A stretch of 63,896 nt of DNA, the filler included. It is 11 parts of 11 records of this genome, joined end to end, with 100 filler letters (N's around TTAATTAATTAA, not from the genome) between each part and the next. Parts side by side here need not be neighbours in the genome. Positions count along the whole stretch, not along the records: positions 41,300 to 47,284 come from SRR7504441_1980; positions 47,385 to 50,779 come from SRR7504441_1981; positions 50,880 to 54,173 come from SRR7504441_1982; positions 54,274 to 60,771 come from SRR7504441_1991; 7 more parts are not named here. The stretch is one strand, 5' to 3'. The position numbers and the translations under genes are program-made. The notes under the pieces were generated by a model. It saw only the letters and a program-made list of their open reading frames with translations. It was not told where the DNA came from and made no database searches. Below, one piece after another: positions 44,668 through 57,200 of this stretch. The first letter of the stretch is position 1; each line of letters begins with the position of its first letter.

Positions 44668-47094
44668 ATGAGAGACGAACTGCTTGAAGACCTCGCAGGT
44701 GAGTGGGACGTGCAATATGGTGGGGCCAGCACAGGGATGATGCTGGCGATATCATGCGATGGTGATCAATGGAGAGATGCCAACTTTGGCATGGAGGGCT
44801 GCTTCACAGAAAGTGAAGTGACGCTGTACGATTACTCTGGTCCTGCCGGGAATTTTCCACGGGCAGTGATGCCGCTGATCAACGATGGCGGCACTATTGA
44901 CTGCCAAAACGGTGCGGTATGGCAAAGGGTTGGATTTCCTGAGCTAGTTCTCGAGGACCTGGGAGTACCCATACACGATATCGCCGGCACTTGGGACATA
45001 TATGACCCTTTGGAGCCCGACGCTCTGAAAACACCGGGCTGCAACATTGTATTCACCGATCGCAATCGCTGGACGTGCACCCTCACAGGCATCAGCGGCA
45101 CGAGCACCTCTGAGGGCGTCTTCACATCATGGGATAAGAAGAAAGCAATGCCGCTCATTCTGGACGACCAGGTTCTGGACTGTAACAACAACTACTATTG
45201 GGTTCGACCCGGCTTCGACTTCTCAATAAAAGCTGTGGCAGCCTTCAAAGAGGAACAGCTTGCAGCTAAAGCTGCTGACCTGGAGCCACTCTTTGAGAAG
45301 TTGCGGACGTGGGACAATGTAAGCGTTGGAAACAATATCGTTGGAATCACCTTCAAGAAGGTTCCGCTCACTCCAGAGGAGGAGGTGCATACAATGAGCT
45401 TTACTGAAGATGATGACGGGACCTTCTCGTGGACATCCACCCTCTATCCACATGAAGCGGCTGGGTTCTACAGAACCGGAGATGAGAGCAAAGGTGTGGT
45501 CTACAAGATTGCTGACAACCCAATGAGTGACTTCATAGTGACTCGATGGAACGGGAATGATGCGGCACAGATTGCAGGCTTGGCGGGCATTTGGTGCGAC
45601 GAGAGGGACTGGATTTCTGAATCCGAGCATTCCGTACAGAGAAGCTCCGGACCCCTGCAGATGATTCATACTCCTAGTCAGCGGGTCAAACTTGAATGGA
45701 GGTACATGCTGGACGAGAAGGCGAGCCTCACGGACCCAGACAAGGAAAAGCTACTGCTCTTCTTCAAGAGCACTGCGGCACACGGCGGTGGGTACAACTT
45801 TACGAATTTCCAAGGGTACGACGGGGATGGCAATGAGTTAAAAATGACGGACACTCCTCATTACGTGGCGTTCTCCCTCCCTGCAGGAGCCTGTCCAACT
45901 GAGGTACACGTCTCAGGACAGTATGATGCTTATCAGCAGTCTTCCGAAGAGGTTGCGGATATCAGGATGATTGGTGGTGAGCTCAACCCGCAGCTTGACG
46001 CTGAGGATCGTGAGTATTACACTCTTCTTAAAGAGGAGCACGCCAGCCTTGCTAAGCCACTGGATGAACATCTGAAGGCAGCAGCCCTTGAAGCTCGCCA
46101 GAAGATGGAAGCACTCCTCGTAGAACATGGCATTGAGCGTGTTGAAGGCGAGAACGACGTTGATTGGGTGAAGCGAGTCATGAAATTCTGCTCTGAAAAC
46201 ACGAAATACAACTCAACTGGCATGTTGTCTGGTAATACAACTCATTTGCATGATCGAATCAAGGAAGCGGAGGAGCGAGGTGACGATGCAGCTGTTGAGG
46301 ATTACAAAAAAGGGTACCATGAGTGGCAACTCTTAGATCTGTACGATGGCGAAGGCGCATGCAAAGTGCTAGAGGATTTCTTTGCTGCTGTGCTTATTAC
46401 GGGAGGGGTACCGGCCACTGGGATCGCCAACCTCAACATGTACGAGGTTGGTGGTCATCATGACCTTGAGATCAACCCGATGACAACCCCCATGGCTGGT
46501 GGCCCGAAGCGAATGGGGTTCACCTCTGCATGCGCTGTGCGCTACTGGATTGACGGCACTGGGTGGATTACATTTTATGCCGAAGGGCTCCCGAAGTCAT
46601 ACGAGATGGGCCCAGGGGGGAGCACAGCAACAGAAGCAGACACAACGATTTTTGGGCCGTGCCCTACTTGCGTCCTTGCATTTGAAACGGTTATCCCCAC
46701 AAATCATATGGAATTGGAGCTCATGGCTATGGAGCTCGCAGGCATATTTGGCTGCTCGTTCGAGGAGCTCGCCGCCAAGCCATTCATCAAAACTTACGAC
46801 ATCACCAACGCCTTCAAAACACCTCTTGGGCGTCGAGCTGCCATGGACAAGGTGGTCCAAAGCATCCAAGGACATTGTGGCAACACCGGGCTTTCATTGT
46901 TTGATAAGCAATCCGCAACGCCCCAGCTTGGGACCAATTTTGCCAACTTCGAACACCTTTGTGATCGCAGCCATGAGTTTCTGGAGAAGTATGGGGAAAA
47001 GGGATTTGCAGGCATGGTTATGTCCTGTCCTGATGCGCTACCTCACACATATCGGGCTGACATACTCCCGATTGTGATCGATCGGGAATATTAG
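44668..47094 (+). CDS. Hypothetical 808-aa protein with two N-terminal repeats and a transglutaminase-like core
   Basis: Intronless ORF. Repeats LAGEWDV..MPLINDGGTIDCQNGAVWQRVGF and IAGTWDI..MPLILDDQVLDCNNNYYWVRPGF; GEGACKVLEDFFAAVLITGGVPA...YWIDGTGWITF. Confidence 0.6.
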   Translation: MRDELLEDLAGEWDVQYGGASTGMMLAISCDGDQWRDANFGMEGCFTESEVTLYDYSGPAGNFPRAVMPLINDGGTIDCQNGAVWQRVGFPELVLEDLGVPIHDIAGTWDIYDPLEPDALKTPGCNIVFTDRNRWTCTLTGISGTSTSEGVFTSWDKKKAMPLILDDQVLDCNNNYYWVRPGFDFSIKAVAAFKEEQLAAKAADLEPLFEKLRTWDNVSVGNNIVGITFKKVPLTPEEEVHTMSFTEDDDGTFSWTSTLYPHEAAGFYRTGDESKGVVYKIADNPMSDFIVTRWNGNDAAQIAGLAGIWCDERDWISESEHSVQRSSGPLQMIHTPSQRVKLEWRYMLDEKASLTDPDKEKLLLFFKSTAAHGGGYNFTNFQGYDGDGNELKMTDTPHYVAFSLPAGACPTEVHVSGQYDAYQQSSEEVADIRMIGGELNPQLDAEDREYYTLLKEEHASLAKPLDEHLKAAALEARQKMEALLVEHGIERVEGENDVDWVKRVMKFCSENTKYNSTGMLSGNTTHLHDRIKEAEERGDDAAVEDYKKGYHEWQLLDLYDGEGACKVLEDFFAAVLITGGVPATGIANLNMYEVGGHHDLEINPMTTPMAGGPKRMGFTSACAVRYWIDGTGWITFYAEGLPKSYEMGPGGSTATEADTTIFGPCPTCVLAFETVIPTNHMELELMAMELAGIFGCSFEELAAKPFIKTYDITNAFKTPLGRRAAMDKVVQSIQGHCGNTGLSLFDKQSATPQLGTNFANFEHLCDRSHEFLEKYGEKGFAGMVMSCPDALPHTYRADILPIVIDREY

Positions 47095-47734
47095 CACTAG
47101 GGCTAGCCCTAGTAACTAGTTTAGCACGGGCGTGCCAGCATGGAAAAGTGCCAGTAGATTCGAAGCAGTTTATTGTTTGATCGGAATCATCAAAACCGTG
47201 GGACGTAATTGGAGCTTGGTGTGCATTGTGTCGTCATGAATCTTGCCTTAAAGAACTCACTGTACGAAGGATAATCCTTCTTTTNNNNNNNNNNNNNNNN
47301 NNNNNNNNNNNNNNNNNNNNNNNNNNNNTTAATTAATTAANNNNNNNNNNNNNNNNNNNNNNNNNNNNNNNNNNNNNNNNNNNNTCCTGCACTGACAGGT
47401 GATTCCCCCAGCTCCAATTTTCCTCTTCTGACGTCCATTCCCTCCAAGTGCTCCCACAACATTGGTCAGAATAGTGTGAAACAGACTGAGTGGCGTTGCA
47501 GGATATCGGCTCCTCGATCGCAATAAGCCACAGCCTCGCACACCAGCTGCTTGACCAACCCGACGTCAGCCAGCCCGATTGTGTCGAAGGGCTCACATCG
47601 CAAGCCCCATGCTCGACGAGCCATCCCACGGTCTCTGCATGAAGCTGCACGAGCTCGAGTGACGACCGGAAAAAAATAAAGGAGTCCTTGAACCTGACCG
47701 AGCGCGCCCGCACAGGCACCGGGGAAGGCCAAAT

Positions 47735-49765
47735 ATGAACCCGAACGCGCTATCCTTCAACCCCAATGCGCCAGCATTTACCCCGTCGTGGGCACCCCCT
47801 TCCGAACCGGCCGCCGAGCCGGAGCCGGCCCAGCCGAGCGAATCCGAGGTAGCGGACAGCTGGGAGGACGACGCCGAGGGGCAGCCGGCCGCCGAGCCAG
47901 CCGAGCCGGAGCCAGCTGCCGAGACGGCGCCCCCTGAGACGGAGGTCGAGGACGTCAGCGCGGACGTGGTCGGTCTGTCGCTTGGCGGCGAGTCGGCTCC
48001 AGCCGACGCGAGTGCGGAAGCTGTCGTAGATCAGCCGACGGAGGAACCAGCAGCCCCAGCGGGCGGCAAGACGATGGAGCAGCTGCGGCAGGTGGCGGGC
48101 GGCTGCCTTGGCCTGGGCGCTGAACCTGCGTGCAGGAGGAGGAGGCCGAGCTCGCCGCGATAGAAGCTGCTGAGAAGGCAGAGGCCGCGAAAGCAGCAGC
48201 AGCAGCAGCAGAGAAAGCTAAGAACTCGACAGAAGCGGCACCGGCCGAGTCGCAGCTGAACAAAAAGAAGCTTGTCAACCTCATCTTCATCGGTACGGGC
48301 CTCGACCGAGGGGCTCGACTCACCGTGCGCAGGGCATGTCGATGCTGGGAAGTCGACTCTCAGTGGACACCTGATGTACCTGACGGGAATGCTGGATGAC
48401 AGGACGCTGCAGAAATACGAGCAGGAGGCTAAGGCTAAGAATCGTGAGAGCTGGAAGTTTGCCTGGGCCCTTGATGTGACAGACAACGAGAGGGCAAAGG
48501 GCAAAACCGAGGAGTGCGGTCGGGCCTTCTTTGAGACTGAGCAGAAGCGGTTTGTGATCATCGACGCGCCAGGTGCCTGCCACCGTGCGTGCTGCGCTCA
48601 TCTGGACGGGCAGGCCACAAAAGCTTTGTGCCGCACATGATTGGGGGAGCGGCGCAGGCCGATGTGGCAGTACTAGTGATCTCAGCTCGCCGTGGGGAGT
48701 TTGAGACAGGTTTCGAGAAGGGCGGACAGACCCGGGAGCACGCGATGCTGGCCAAGACTGCCGGCGTCAAACGGCTGTGTGTGGTTATCAACAAGATGGA
48801 CGACCCGACAGTGGAGTGGAACAAGGCGCGTTACGATGAGTGTGTGACTAAACTGACGCCCTACCTGAAGAGCGTGGGATTCAACTTGAAAGAGGTGCCG
48901 CTGGGCCGGGCCTGTGGGGCTCAACCGGCGGACAGGTACAGTGGATGCCCGTGTCCGGGCTAGGAGGAGCCAACTTGAAAGAGCCTATTGAGGAAGGGCT
49001 GGCTCCCTGGTATGAGGGGCCGACTCTGCTCACCTACCTAGATGGCGTGCGGGCCCCCAAGCGGCTGCTCGACGCACCGACCCGGATGCCGATCACCGGC
49101 GCCTACAGGGAGATGGGTGTTGTTGTAGTTGGCAAAGTCGAGTCCGGCACAATAGTTACAGGGTCTAAATACACAATGTACCCGAACAAGCAGACAGTGG
49201 AGATCGTGAGCGTGGCGATCGAGACTGACGAGAACTTGCCTATGGCCGAGACTGGGGACAACTGTAGGCTGAAGGTGGGCTGAGTCCACTGCGCGGCTGC
49301 TCACTGCTGCCTGTAGATCAAAGGCGTAGACGACACCGAGCTCAACTCTGGGTTTGTGCTATGCGCGCCTGAGAAGCCGGTCAAGATAACAAAGCAGTTC
49401 ATGGCCAAGGTAGTGATCATGGAGACCAAGAGCATCATCTGCGCCGGGTACAGCTGTATCATGCACATCCATGCTCTCCAAGTCGAAGTCACCTTTGGTG
49501 ATCTGCTCGCGATTGAGGAGCAAAAGTCAAAGAAAATTGTCCAGAAGCGGCCGCCGTTTGTTCGAGCCAGCGAGAAGCACATGGTGCTGATCAGGATGAC
49601 CACAGAGCAGCCCATCTGCATAGAGACCTACGCGGACTTTGCCCAGCTAGGTCGGTTCATGTTGCGCGATGAGGGTGAGACTTTAGGCGGCCGCCAGCGA
49701 TTTATCATGTTGTTCTAGGTAAGACAATAGGCATTGGCCTTGTCACCAAGATCAAGGAGGAGTAG
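47735..49765 (+). CDS. SUP35: Eukaryotic peptide chain release factor 3 (GTPase)
   Basis: PAM2-like LSFNPNAPAFTP; VNLIFIGHVDAGKST, NRESW, DAPGHKSFVPHMIGGAAQAD, GEFETGFEKGGQTREHAMLAKT, INKMDD and LGRFMLRDEGKTIGIG. About 6 introns (e.g. 48092-48135, 48293-48332, 48573-48613). Confidence 0.95.
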
Positions 49766-49945
49766 ATTGGCTCTTAAGATGGTTCGTCAATCTTTCATAA
49801 TCAAGCCAACATTCAAGCTCAATGTGCGTGAAAACAACCGAGCACACCTTACATGACGAGTACACTCCGAGAGATCTATTCTATTTATAATTCAAATGAC
49901 AACTTTAATACAATGTTTTGCGATACCAAACCACTCTACAGTGTT

Positions 49946-50752
49946 CTACTGTGCATTTCGGCAGTTCTGCGATCCACCCAATTGCGAGATCAAAGCAGCC
50001 ATTTGTTGCTCCAACTGAGCCTTCTTCTCCGCATCAACGTCAGCCATGTCGGCTTCCACTGGCTCGTCCATCATCAGCTCCTGCATCGCGTCCGCCAGCT
50101 GGGCCTCCAGCTGCGCCCCGGAGCGCTGCTGCTTGGGCGCCTTCATCTGGGACTGGCGGGCCGCCAGCCGCGCCTGCTTTGCCTCCAGACTCCGCGGCGG
50201 GCTGCTAGATTGGTTTGGCGGCGAGCGCTGCACCGGCGCAGGCTTCTGGACGGCAGGCCGGTCCGGGAGCTCAGGAGTGGGCATGCCCAGCCTCCGCCGC
50301 CGCTCGAGCTCGATGTCGATCTGTTCCTGTTCGATCAAGGCCATCTCGCCCTGCATTTGCTCCTGCTGCGCAACAAACCGCTTCCGGGCCTGCTCCTTCT
50401 GCTTCTCCACCCAGCTGCTGCTCTGCATACGCTCCTGTTGAGCCGCCAGCCGCCGCTGGGCCGCAGCCTTTTGCTCCTCCCGACGTGCCCGGGCGGCCCC
50501 AGCCTCGGCCCAGGCGGCCTCGGCCTCGGCTCGCCGGACACCCTTTTGCTCGGCGCCCTCGACCTCCTTCTTCCAGTCCTGGTCCCTGGCCTCGATCTCC
50601 TTCTTGAGGCTCGTCGTCCGGGCCCGGGCATTGTCCTTTTGCTTCTCCACCCACCCGGCCGCGGGCGCGCGCAGCCCCCCCGTCATCCTGGCGAGCCGAC
50701 CCTGCGGCGCCATGTTGTTGATTCTTGCGGCCAGCCCGGACGGCAACGACAT
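49946..50752 (-). CDS. Coiled-coil hypothetical protein
   Basis: Q/E/K/A-rich helical ORF with a repeated WVEKQK; may be 5'-partial. Confidence 0.55.
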   Translation of the reverse strand: MSLPSGLAARINNMAPQGRLARMTGGLRAPAAGWVEKQKDNARARTTSLKKEIEARDQDWKKEVEGAEQKGVRRAEAEAAWAEAGAARARREEQKAAAQRRLAAQQERMQSSSWVEKQKEQARKRFVAQQEQMQGEMALIEQEQIDIELERRRRLGMPTPELPDRPAVQKPAPVQRSPPNQSSSPPRSLEAKQARLAARQSQMKAPKQQRSGAQLEAQLADAMQELMMDEPVEADMADVDAEKKAQLEQQMAALISQLGGSQNCRNAQ

Positions 50753-51558
50753 GCCCCCGAGCGTACAGGTGGACGTGAGNNNNNNNNNNNNNNNNNNNNN
50801 NNNNNNNNNNNNNNNNNNNNNNNTTAATTAATTAANNNNNNNNNNNNNNNNNNNNNNNNNNNNNNNNNNNNNNNNNNNNGGATGGCAGCCCGACGGGCCC
50901 GCTCCCGAGCAGGGGACGACTGAGCAGAGATCGGCCGAGGAGGCTGCCAAGTTAGAGGCGGCCGAGCGGTTGGCGATACGGAACGAGACCGCAAAGTATC
51001 TGGCTATGGAGAGGGCGGAACGATGCGCGGAAGAGGCACAACGGGACCGGGTCAAGCAACAATCTTCAAAGAAGGAGTCGGCTGCGCGAGCCGAATTTGC
51101 AAGGCAAGCGGCCGAGCAGGGTCTAACTCCACTGCAAGTGAGGACCGCTCCTGATTGAGGGCTGAGTCCGGGTGCAGGCGAAGCTTGCCCAGAAGGCAGC
51201 AGCGGAGCGCGAGGCCGAGTTGCAATGGCAGCAAGAGAAGCTGGCACAAAAGACGTACGAGCGCGAGCAAGCGGAGAAGCAGATTCAAGATAACGCTGGC
51301 TTAAATGCTGGCAATGACGACGAAGACGCGTTATCGATGTTCATGTAAAGAATAAACTGTAGTTGGCTAGTAGTTGGCCTAGTCCAACTCCAACGCTCCC
51401 AGAATTTAGATTGGTGGCACCGTACCTGGTACTCGAGCTCGTAGACTCTACGTGCCTGTACTTACGGTACTTAATTTTGAGATGCAGAGGGCAGAAGACG
51501 AGTGAGGCCCCTGAAGGTAGCGACATATATCATATATCAGATCGACCGTTGACGGCAG

Positions 51559-53003
51559 ATGGCGCTGAAGGAGCGTTGTGCTGGCGGGCTGGTGTGCCTC
51601 TGGCTGAGCTACTTTGCGCTGCTGGCAATCTGGCGCGGGGCGGCCAGCGCGGTGTGCGATGGACCACCCGTCGACTGCGCCGGGTCGGTGGGGCTGTTCT
51701 TTGGGACGCTGGCGGTCGGGCTCGGGCTCTCCACGGCGGCGGTTTGGCTCAACTCACCCGAGCATAGGTTTTATATTCCGCGCACCAGGTCCAATCCGAC
51801 AGGCATTGGGTGCGTGTCCTCCACCAGCTGGCTCTGACACGCCCGGCAGGGTGGTCAAGGACAGCGAGGGCCGGCCGTTGGTCCACCGGAGGGGGGTGGA
51901 CCTGCCCTGGCACCCGGACCAGATGAAAGCCGGGCTAGCGGTTGGGTCGGTGATATTCCTGTTCTCTGGGGTGCTCTGGGGCGCCACAGACATGGACGCT
52001 GACTGGGCAGTGCCAGTGCTGGCAGTGTGGTGCGTGCTGCTGGCAGGATCGCTGGGCATAACGGTCTGGATGTCCTATTACGATCCGAGCGATGGGCTGG
52101 AGCTGGACCAGCTTACAGGGCTAGGCTACAAGCCCGCGTTCCAACAGTACTGCCTGATCTGTAACAAAGTGTACCTTCAACCGTACCGCTACCACTGCCG
52201 GTGAGATTGCCCGGCCGGGGGTGCACTGACAACCACGGCAGCCGATGCAACAAGTGCACCAGCTGGTTTGACCACCACTGCACCTTCCTCAACCAGTGCG
52301 TCGGCCTAGGCAACTACGCTGCCTTCTTTATTCTGGTCAATCTCTTGATGCTATGGCTACTGCTCAACGCTGGCATCGGGCTGTACTATGCAATCCAGGC
52401 TGGCCAGGACCCCGACTCGCACGTCGGCCGACACGCCGCAGCCAAGTGGGGCCGCAGCTTGTTTGTGGGCCTCGCCTCGGTCCACGCGAGTATTAGCCTG
52501 CTTGGTGGGCTGCTGCTGCTGCTGCTTTGGATTAAGCATGCGAGGCTCATCTTGGCCAACCTGCGGCGGCCGGACGAGTTCGTGGCCACATTCGGTGGGC
52601 TGGACCACATGTATGACTTTGATGACGAGGAGATGTGGAAGACGGCCGCCAAAGCGCTGATCGATTTGAGACCCGGTTGGCGAGCATTCAGGCAACATTC
52701 GCACGGTAGTGTGACACTGACAGTCGGGGCAGGCAATGGAAAGAGAACACCCCGACGTGCCAGCCCTGTGAGGGCGAGCAGATCGGCCGCGAGCGCCGGA
52801 ACACGCTCGGCTGGCTGCTAGGGGACAACGAGGATCCGAGAGGAGCCGAATCGGGAACGCTGAGCACGATGCCCGAGGAGACCAGGCGTGATACGCTGAT
52901 CCAACGGCGGGAGTCCCGGCAGATCGACTTGCAGCTGGAACAGGAGAGCCTAACAATCGAGGCCAATCCCTCAGTGAGCCCTAATCCGACTCCGTTGGTA
53001 TGA
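51559..53003 (+). CDS. DHHC palmitoyltransferase
   Basis: YCLICNKVYLQPYRYHC + RCNKCTSWFDHHCTFLNQCVGLGNYAAFF, flanked by TM helices; several short introns. Confidence 0.9.
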
Positions 53004-53385
53004 TTAATGCATTTAGTGACCATATCCCGGACTGAGCTTACATGTAAGCTAATGTAAGCTTAGACTCCCAATCCTCCTAGACGAATATGATCAGTGTTGA
53101 TTAGTCGTTTAATTAGTTTACGAATAAGTGTGTGTGTGTGTGTGTTTTTTGGACTTGGGGTACATGTAGGGATCCTACTCGTACATGTACTCAAGGTACT
53201 GTAGTCGGGGTCGGCTAGATAACGGACTTCCATAGTCAGCCGGTCACTGCCAGCCCGCCAGCCCGTGCCAGTCACTGCCAGTCACCGCCCGACGGCCGCG
53301 CCCGGCGGGGAGCAGCACGCACCGCGAGGTTGCTCTTTAGCTCAAGTTAACGGGGACTGCAGACCTGGACGCACAGCAGGCGGAG

Positions 53386-54173
53386 ATGACAGCCAAAAAG
53401 CGTCGTCGCGTGGCTGAGCCGGGCCGGGCCAAGAAGAAAGGCCGAAAGGACTGGGACAACGACGGGCCCACGCTGCAGGCCCGGCTGGACGCGCTGGAGC
53501 AGGAGGAGCGGCTTGCAGGATGCCAGTCGGGCAGGCATGCCGGCAAGCGCAGCCGGCTGAAGCACAAGCTATCCAAACATCGGTCAACCCAACCAGGCGC
53601 CTGCCCAACCCGCGGGCAGGCGGCGTCAGCTCCGGCCGAACCCGAGGGATCGCCGGCTGTGGCGCTGGAGGCGGCGATGGTGTCAGCTGGGGTGACGATT
53701 CGGGTGGTGCGCACTCCGGCGGAGGCGGGTCCTGCCTATGCGGCCTTGCGGGAGTCGCTTGGGGGAGCGGTTGGGGTCGACTGCGAGGGGCAGGGCCAGG
53801 CCGACGGGTGGGCGCTCATGGTGCAGGTCGCGTCAGCTTCGCTCGTGGTGGTGGAGCCGGCCTGCCACTGGCGCTTCTCCGAGCCGCTCCGGCGGCTGCT
53901 GGCTGATCCGCAGTTGACCAAGGTCTTCTGCGGGGCGGCCGGCGACTTGCAGTCTCTCCCGGAAGATTGCTCGGTGCAGAACGTGGCTGATATCCAACGG
54001 ATGGCCCAGCCGGCCCAGTCCAGCCAGCAGCCAGGCCTGGCCCAGCTGCTCAGTCGGTCAGACCCGGCAGGCCGCCAATGGACAAAGCAGAAGTTTGGCC
54101 GGAATCAGTGGTTTAGGCTCCGGTCCGGGCAAGCGATGCTCGAGGCGGCTGGGTTTGTGCAGTACGCCGCGGC
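53386..54173 (+). CDS. DEDDy 3'-5' exonuclease (WRN/Mut-7-like), 3'-partial
   Basis: ExoI VGVDCEG, LMVQVAS, LRRLLADPQLTKVF..GD, PGLAQLL and ExoIII QYAA cut by the spacer; basic NLS-like N-terminus. Confidence 0.8.
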
Positions 54174-54273
54174 NNNNNNNNNNNNNNNNNNNNNNNNNNN
54201 NNNNNNNNNNNNNNNNNTTAATTAATTAANNNNNNNNNNNNNNNNNNNNNNNNNNNNNNNNNNNNNNNNNNNN

Positions 54274-57200
54274 TGCTCCTCACAGGTGCGCCCCCCGCCG
54301 GCCCTGACCGGCCGGCTGACCGGGGCGGCCCAGGCGCGGAGCTCGAGCTGCCCGATCTGAGCGCCAAGCAGCTCGCGATGGCCGAGTGCGAGCGCTCGGC
54401 CATCGCGGCGGTTACCGCGGTGGCGCTCGGGCGACGGGCGACCGAAGAGGCGGCGAGACGGACCGCCGAGCAGCGGGGGCATGAGCTCCGGGCTGGGCAT
54501 AGGCACCGGGTGATTTGTCCGTCGGGACTCGGCCGATCGGGGGACAGGCGGCGGCCGAACTGGCCAAGGAGGCCCACGCCCAGGTGGAGGACGCCACCGC
54601 TGAGGTGGAGCGGCTAGGGCGCGAGCACGCCGCTCGCGAGGCCAAACTGGCCAAGCTCTCGGCGGAGATGACGCGCAACACAGCTCGGGCCGAGACGGAG
54701 CTGCAGAGTGCCAAGAGAAACCTAGCCGACGCCCGCCGGGCGGCGGACCTCGCGACCGCGGACCGGCGCAAGCTGCTGAAGAGAGCGCAGGCGGGTGTGC
54801 AGGCCGAACGGGACAAGGAGGCGGCTATGGCGGACAAGCTGGATGCGATGGCAGTTGAGGCGCATCGGGCCGGGATGAAGGCCATGGAGGCCTCCACACA
54901 GATTGCTCAGCAGCAGGCACGCCGCCCCCCGGGGTACAGGCCGGTGACCAGGGTGGGCAGGCGCGGGTGAATAGGATGCCGACGGACGATTCGGCAGACG
55001 TTGCCAAGGCCAAGGCAGGAATGGAAGCACTCAAGGTTAGCAAGGCCGAGTCTGCAGCCGAGGGGAAGCAGCAGCAAGTGGAGAGGGCCGAGCAGGTCGC
55101 CCTCGCCTAGACTACTCATGCCTGAGTACGAGTTGGCCAGGCGGCACAGGCGGCAGCCTCGGAAGAGATAGCTACTGCAGGCCGCGAGGATACGCTTGTG
55201 ACCGAGGCCGAGGCCGCTGAGCAGCTTGCCCGGGAAAAAGCCGAGCAGGAGCAGCTGCGGCAAGGCAAGCTCAAGAAGGCGGTTGAGGCCGGCAAGTCGG
55301 CCGTGTTTCGGCTGGCGGATCAGATCAAGCAGACCAAGATGGATGTGAGGCAGCTACGGGAGCAGAAGGAGCACAAGCAGCAAACCTTCTCCGAGAGCCA
55401 ACTTCGAATGAGCCAGCAGCAGACGCTCGCGGGGGACGCCCGCCCGAGCGGCTCTCTCAAAGCGATGATGATCCGGTCGGATCAAGCTCAGGGGGCTCTC
55501 AAGGAGGCTCGGGAGATGGAGGAGCATTCTACCAAGATCGTGAGTCAGATGCGGGCCGAGCTCGCTCAAGCCCAACAAACCAAGGACGATGCTAGCAAGT
55601 CGGCGGACGAGCAGCTGGCGGCGCAGAAGGCGCTGGTGAGTGTTAGATGCCTATCGCGTGCTGACTCTATCCGGCAGGCTTCAGAGGCGAGCGCGCGGGT
55701 GGTGTCTGCACAGCTTGCAATCAAGTCTGCCCGGGCCAAGGCCGGCCGGACGATGGACAAGCTCAAGGCAGAGCACAAGAGCGCCGAGAGCGAGCTACAG
55801 CAGCTCGAGCAGAAGACCATCGACAAGGCACAGCACCTCCGTGCGGAGCTCAGCGCCTCGGAGCAGCAGGCGCAGGTTCTGGAGGCAGACCTGGCCGTGG
55901 CCCGCCAGAACGTGCGCCAGGCCAAGAAGGACTCAGCTTCTGCGAGGCTCAAACAGGAGCATCGGGCGGATGCTGCCAAGCGGAGGACGGAGCAGAAGTT
56001 AGCTGATAAACAGACCCGGCTGGAGCAACAAGCCCGGGAGCTGGACAGGCGGGCGGGCAAGCTGGAGCGGAAGGCGGCCCGGCAGAGCAAGAGGCTGCGG
56101 GCTCAGCGCGAGGTGGACGAGCAGCAAGCGGCGGCTGCAGCGAGCAAGATCAACCGCCAATTTGAGAGGACTCAGCAATGGGGCAAGAAGCAGGCGGCGC
56201 TGAGGCTGAGCCGGGCCGAGCTGCGTGCCACCCGGGCGAAGCAGCACGCTGATGGCCGGACGGCTGCGATGCTTGCGCAGGCGGCTCCGACAGCCGGCAA
56301 GCCGCCGTGCAACTCAACCGATCTTGACCCAGAGCAGCTGAGCTCTGAGAGCCTGGATCTGGCCCGGCAGGAGTCGTTCGCCAAGATGGCGGTCGAATCG
56401 GCACAGCTGGGCAAGCAGCTGGCGAGCAGGATGAACAAGGAGCTGGCCACTACCAAGCTCGAGATGCACCAGATGCGCTCGGTCGATCGATCAATCGCAA
56501 AGCAACGGAAGCTAGATCAGAAGGAGGAAGCCGCCCGCCGAAACACGCGAGCCAAGCTCAGCCGACGGGCGGCCAAGATGGCGATCACGCAGGTACGGGA
56601 CACGGCGACGAGTATCCGACGAAAAGTGCGGCGGGAGGCGCGACTTGCCAAACAGGACGCCGTCAAGGCTGAGTATTCGCTAGAGAAGCGGCTGAGCGCT
56701 CAGATGGAGGCGGTGGAGCAGGCGGGCAAGAGGGCGGTTGAGGAGCAGCAAGAGCAGCTGCGCCAGAGGCAGATGGAAGCTGATGCCGCACACAGCAGGA
56801 TTTTGACCATTAAGGACAAGGAGAAGCAGGAGCGGAGCAAGGCCCGGCAAGTGGCCAACAAGCTAGCCGAGCTACGCGAGACCAATCTGCAAGCGCAACA
56901 GCGGCTCGAGGAGCTGCAGGCGGGTGCAGGACGGACAGCCGAACGCAATCTTGAAGCCAAGGAGAGGGCGCTGCGTGCCGAGCGGCACAAAACTGCACAA
57001 TTTGGATCGGCTGGCCGGAAGGAAGTCATGGACGCGGCGCAGGCCGGGCTTGACGCGGCCAAGCAACGCTTCAAGTCGGCTGAGGACAACTTGGAGCACG
57101 CCAACAAGCTGTACACAGCGGCAGACAACACGGCGCAGCTGGAAGAGGACAAACTGGGCGACATCAAGGCGGGTGCTGATCTCAAGACTAGCCGGAACAA

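Noticed and set aside
53128-53145. (GT)9 tract
   Set aside because: An ordinary intergenic microsatellite.
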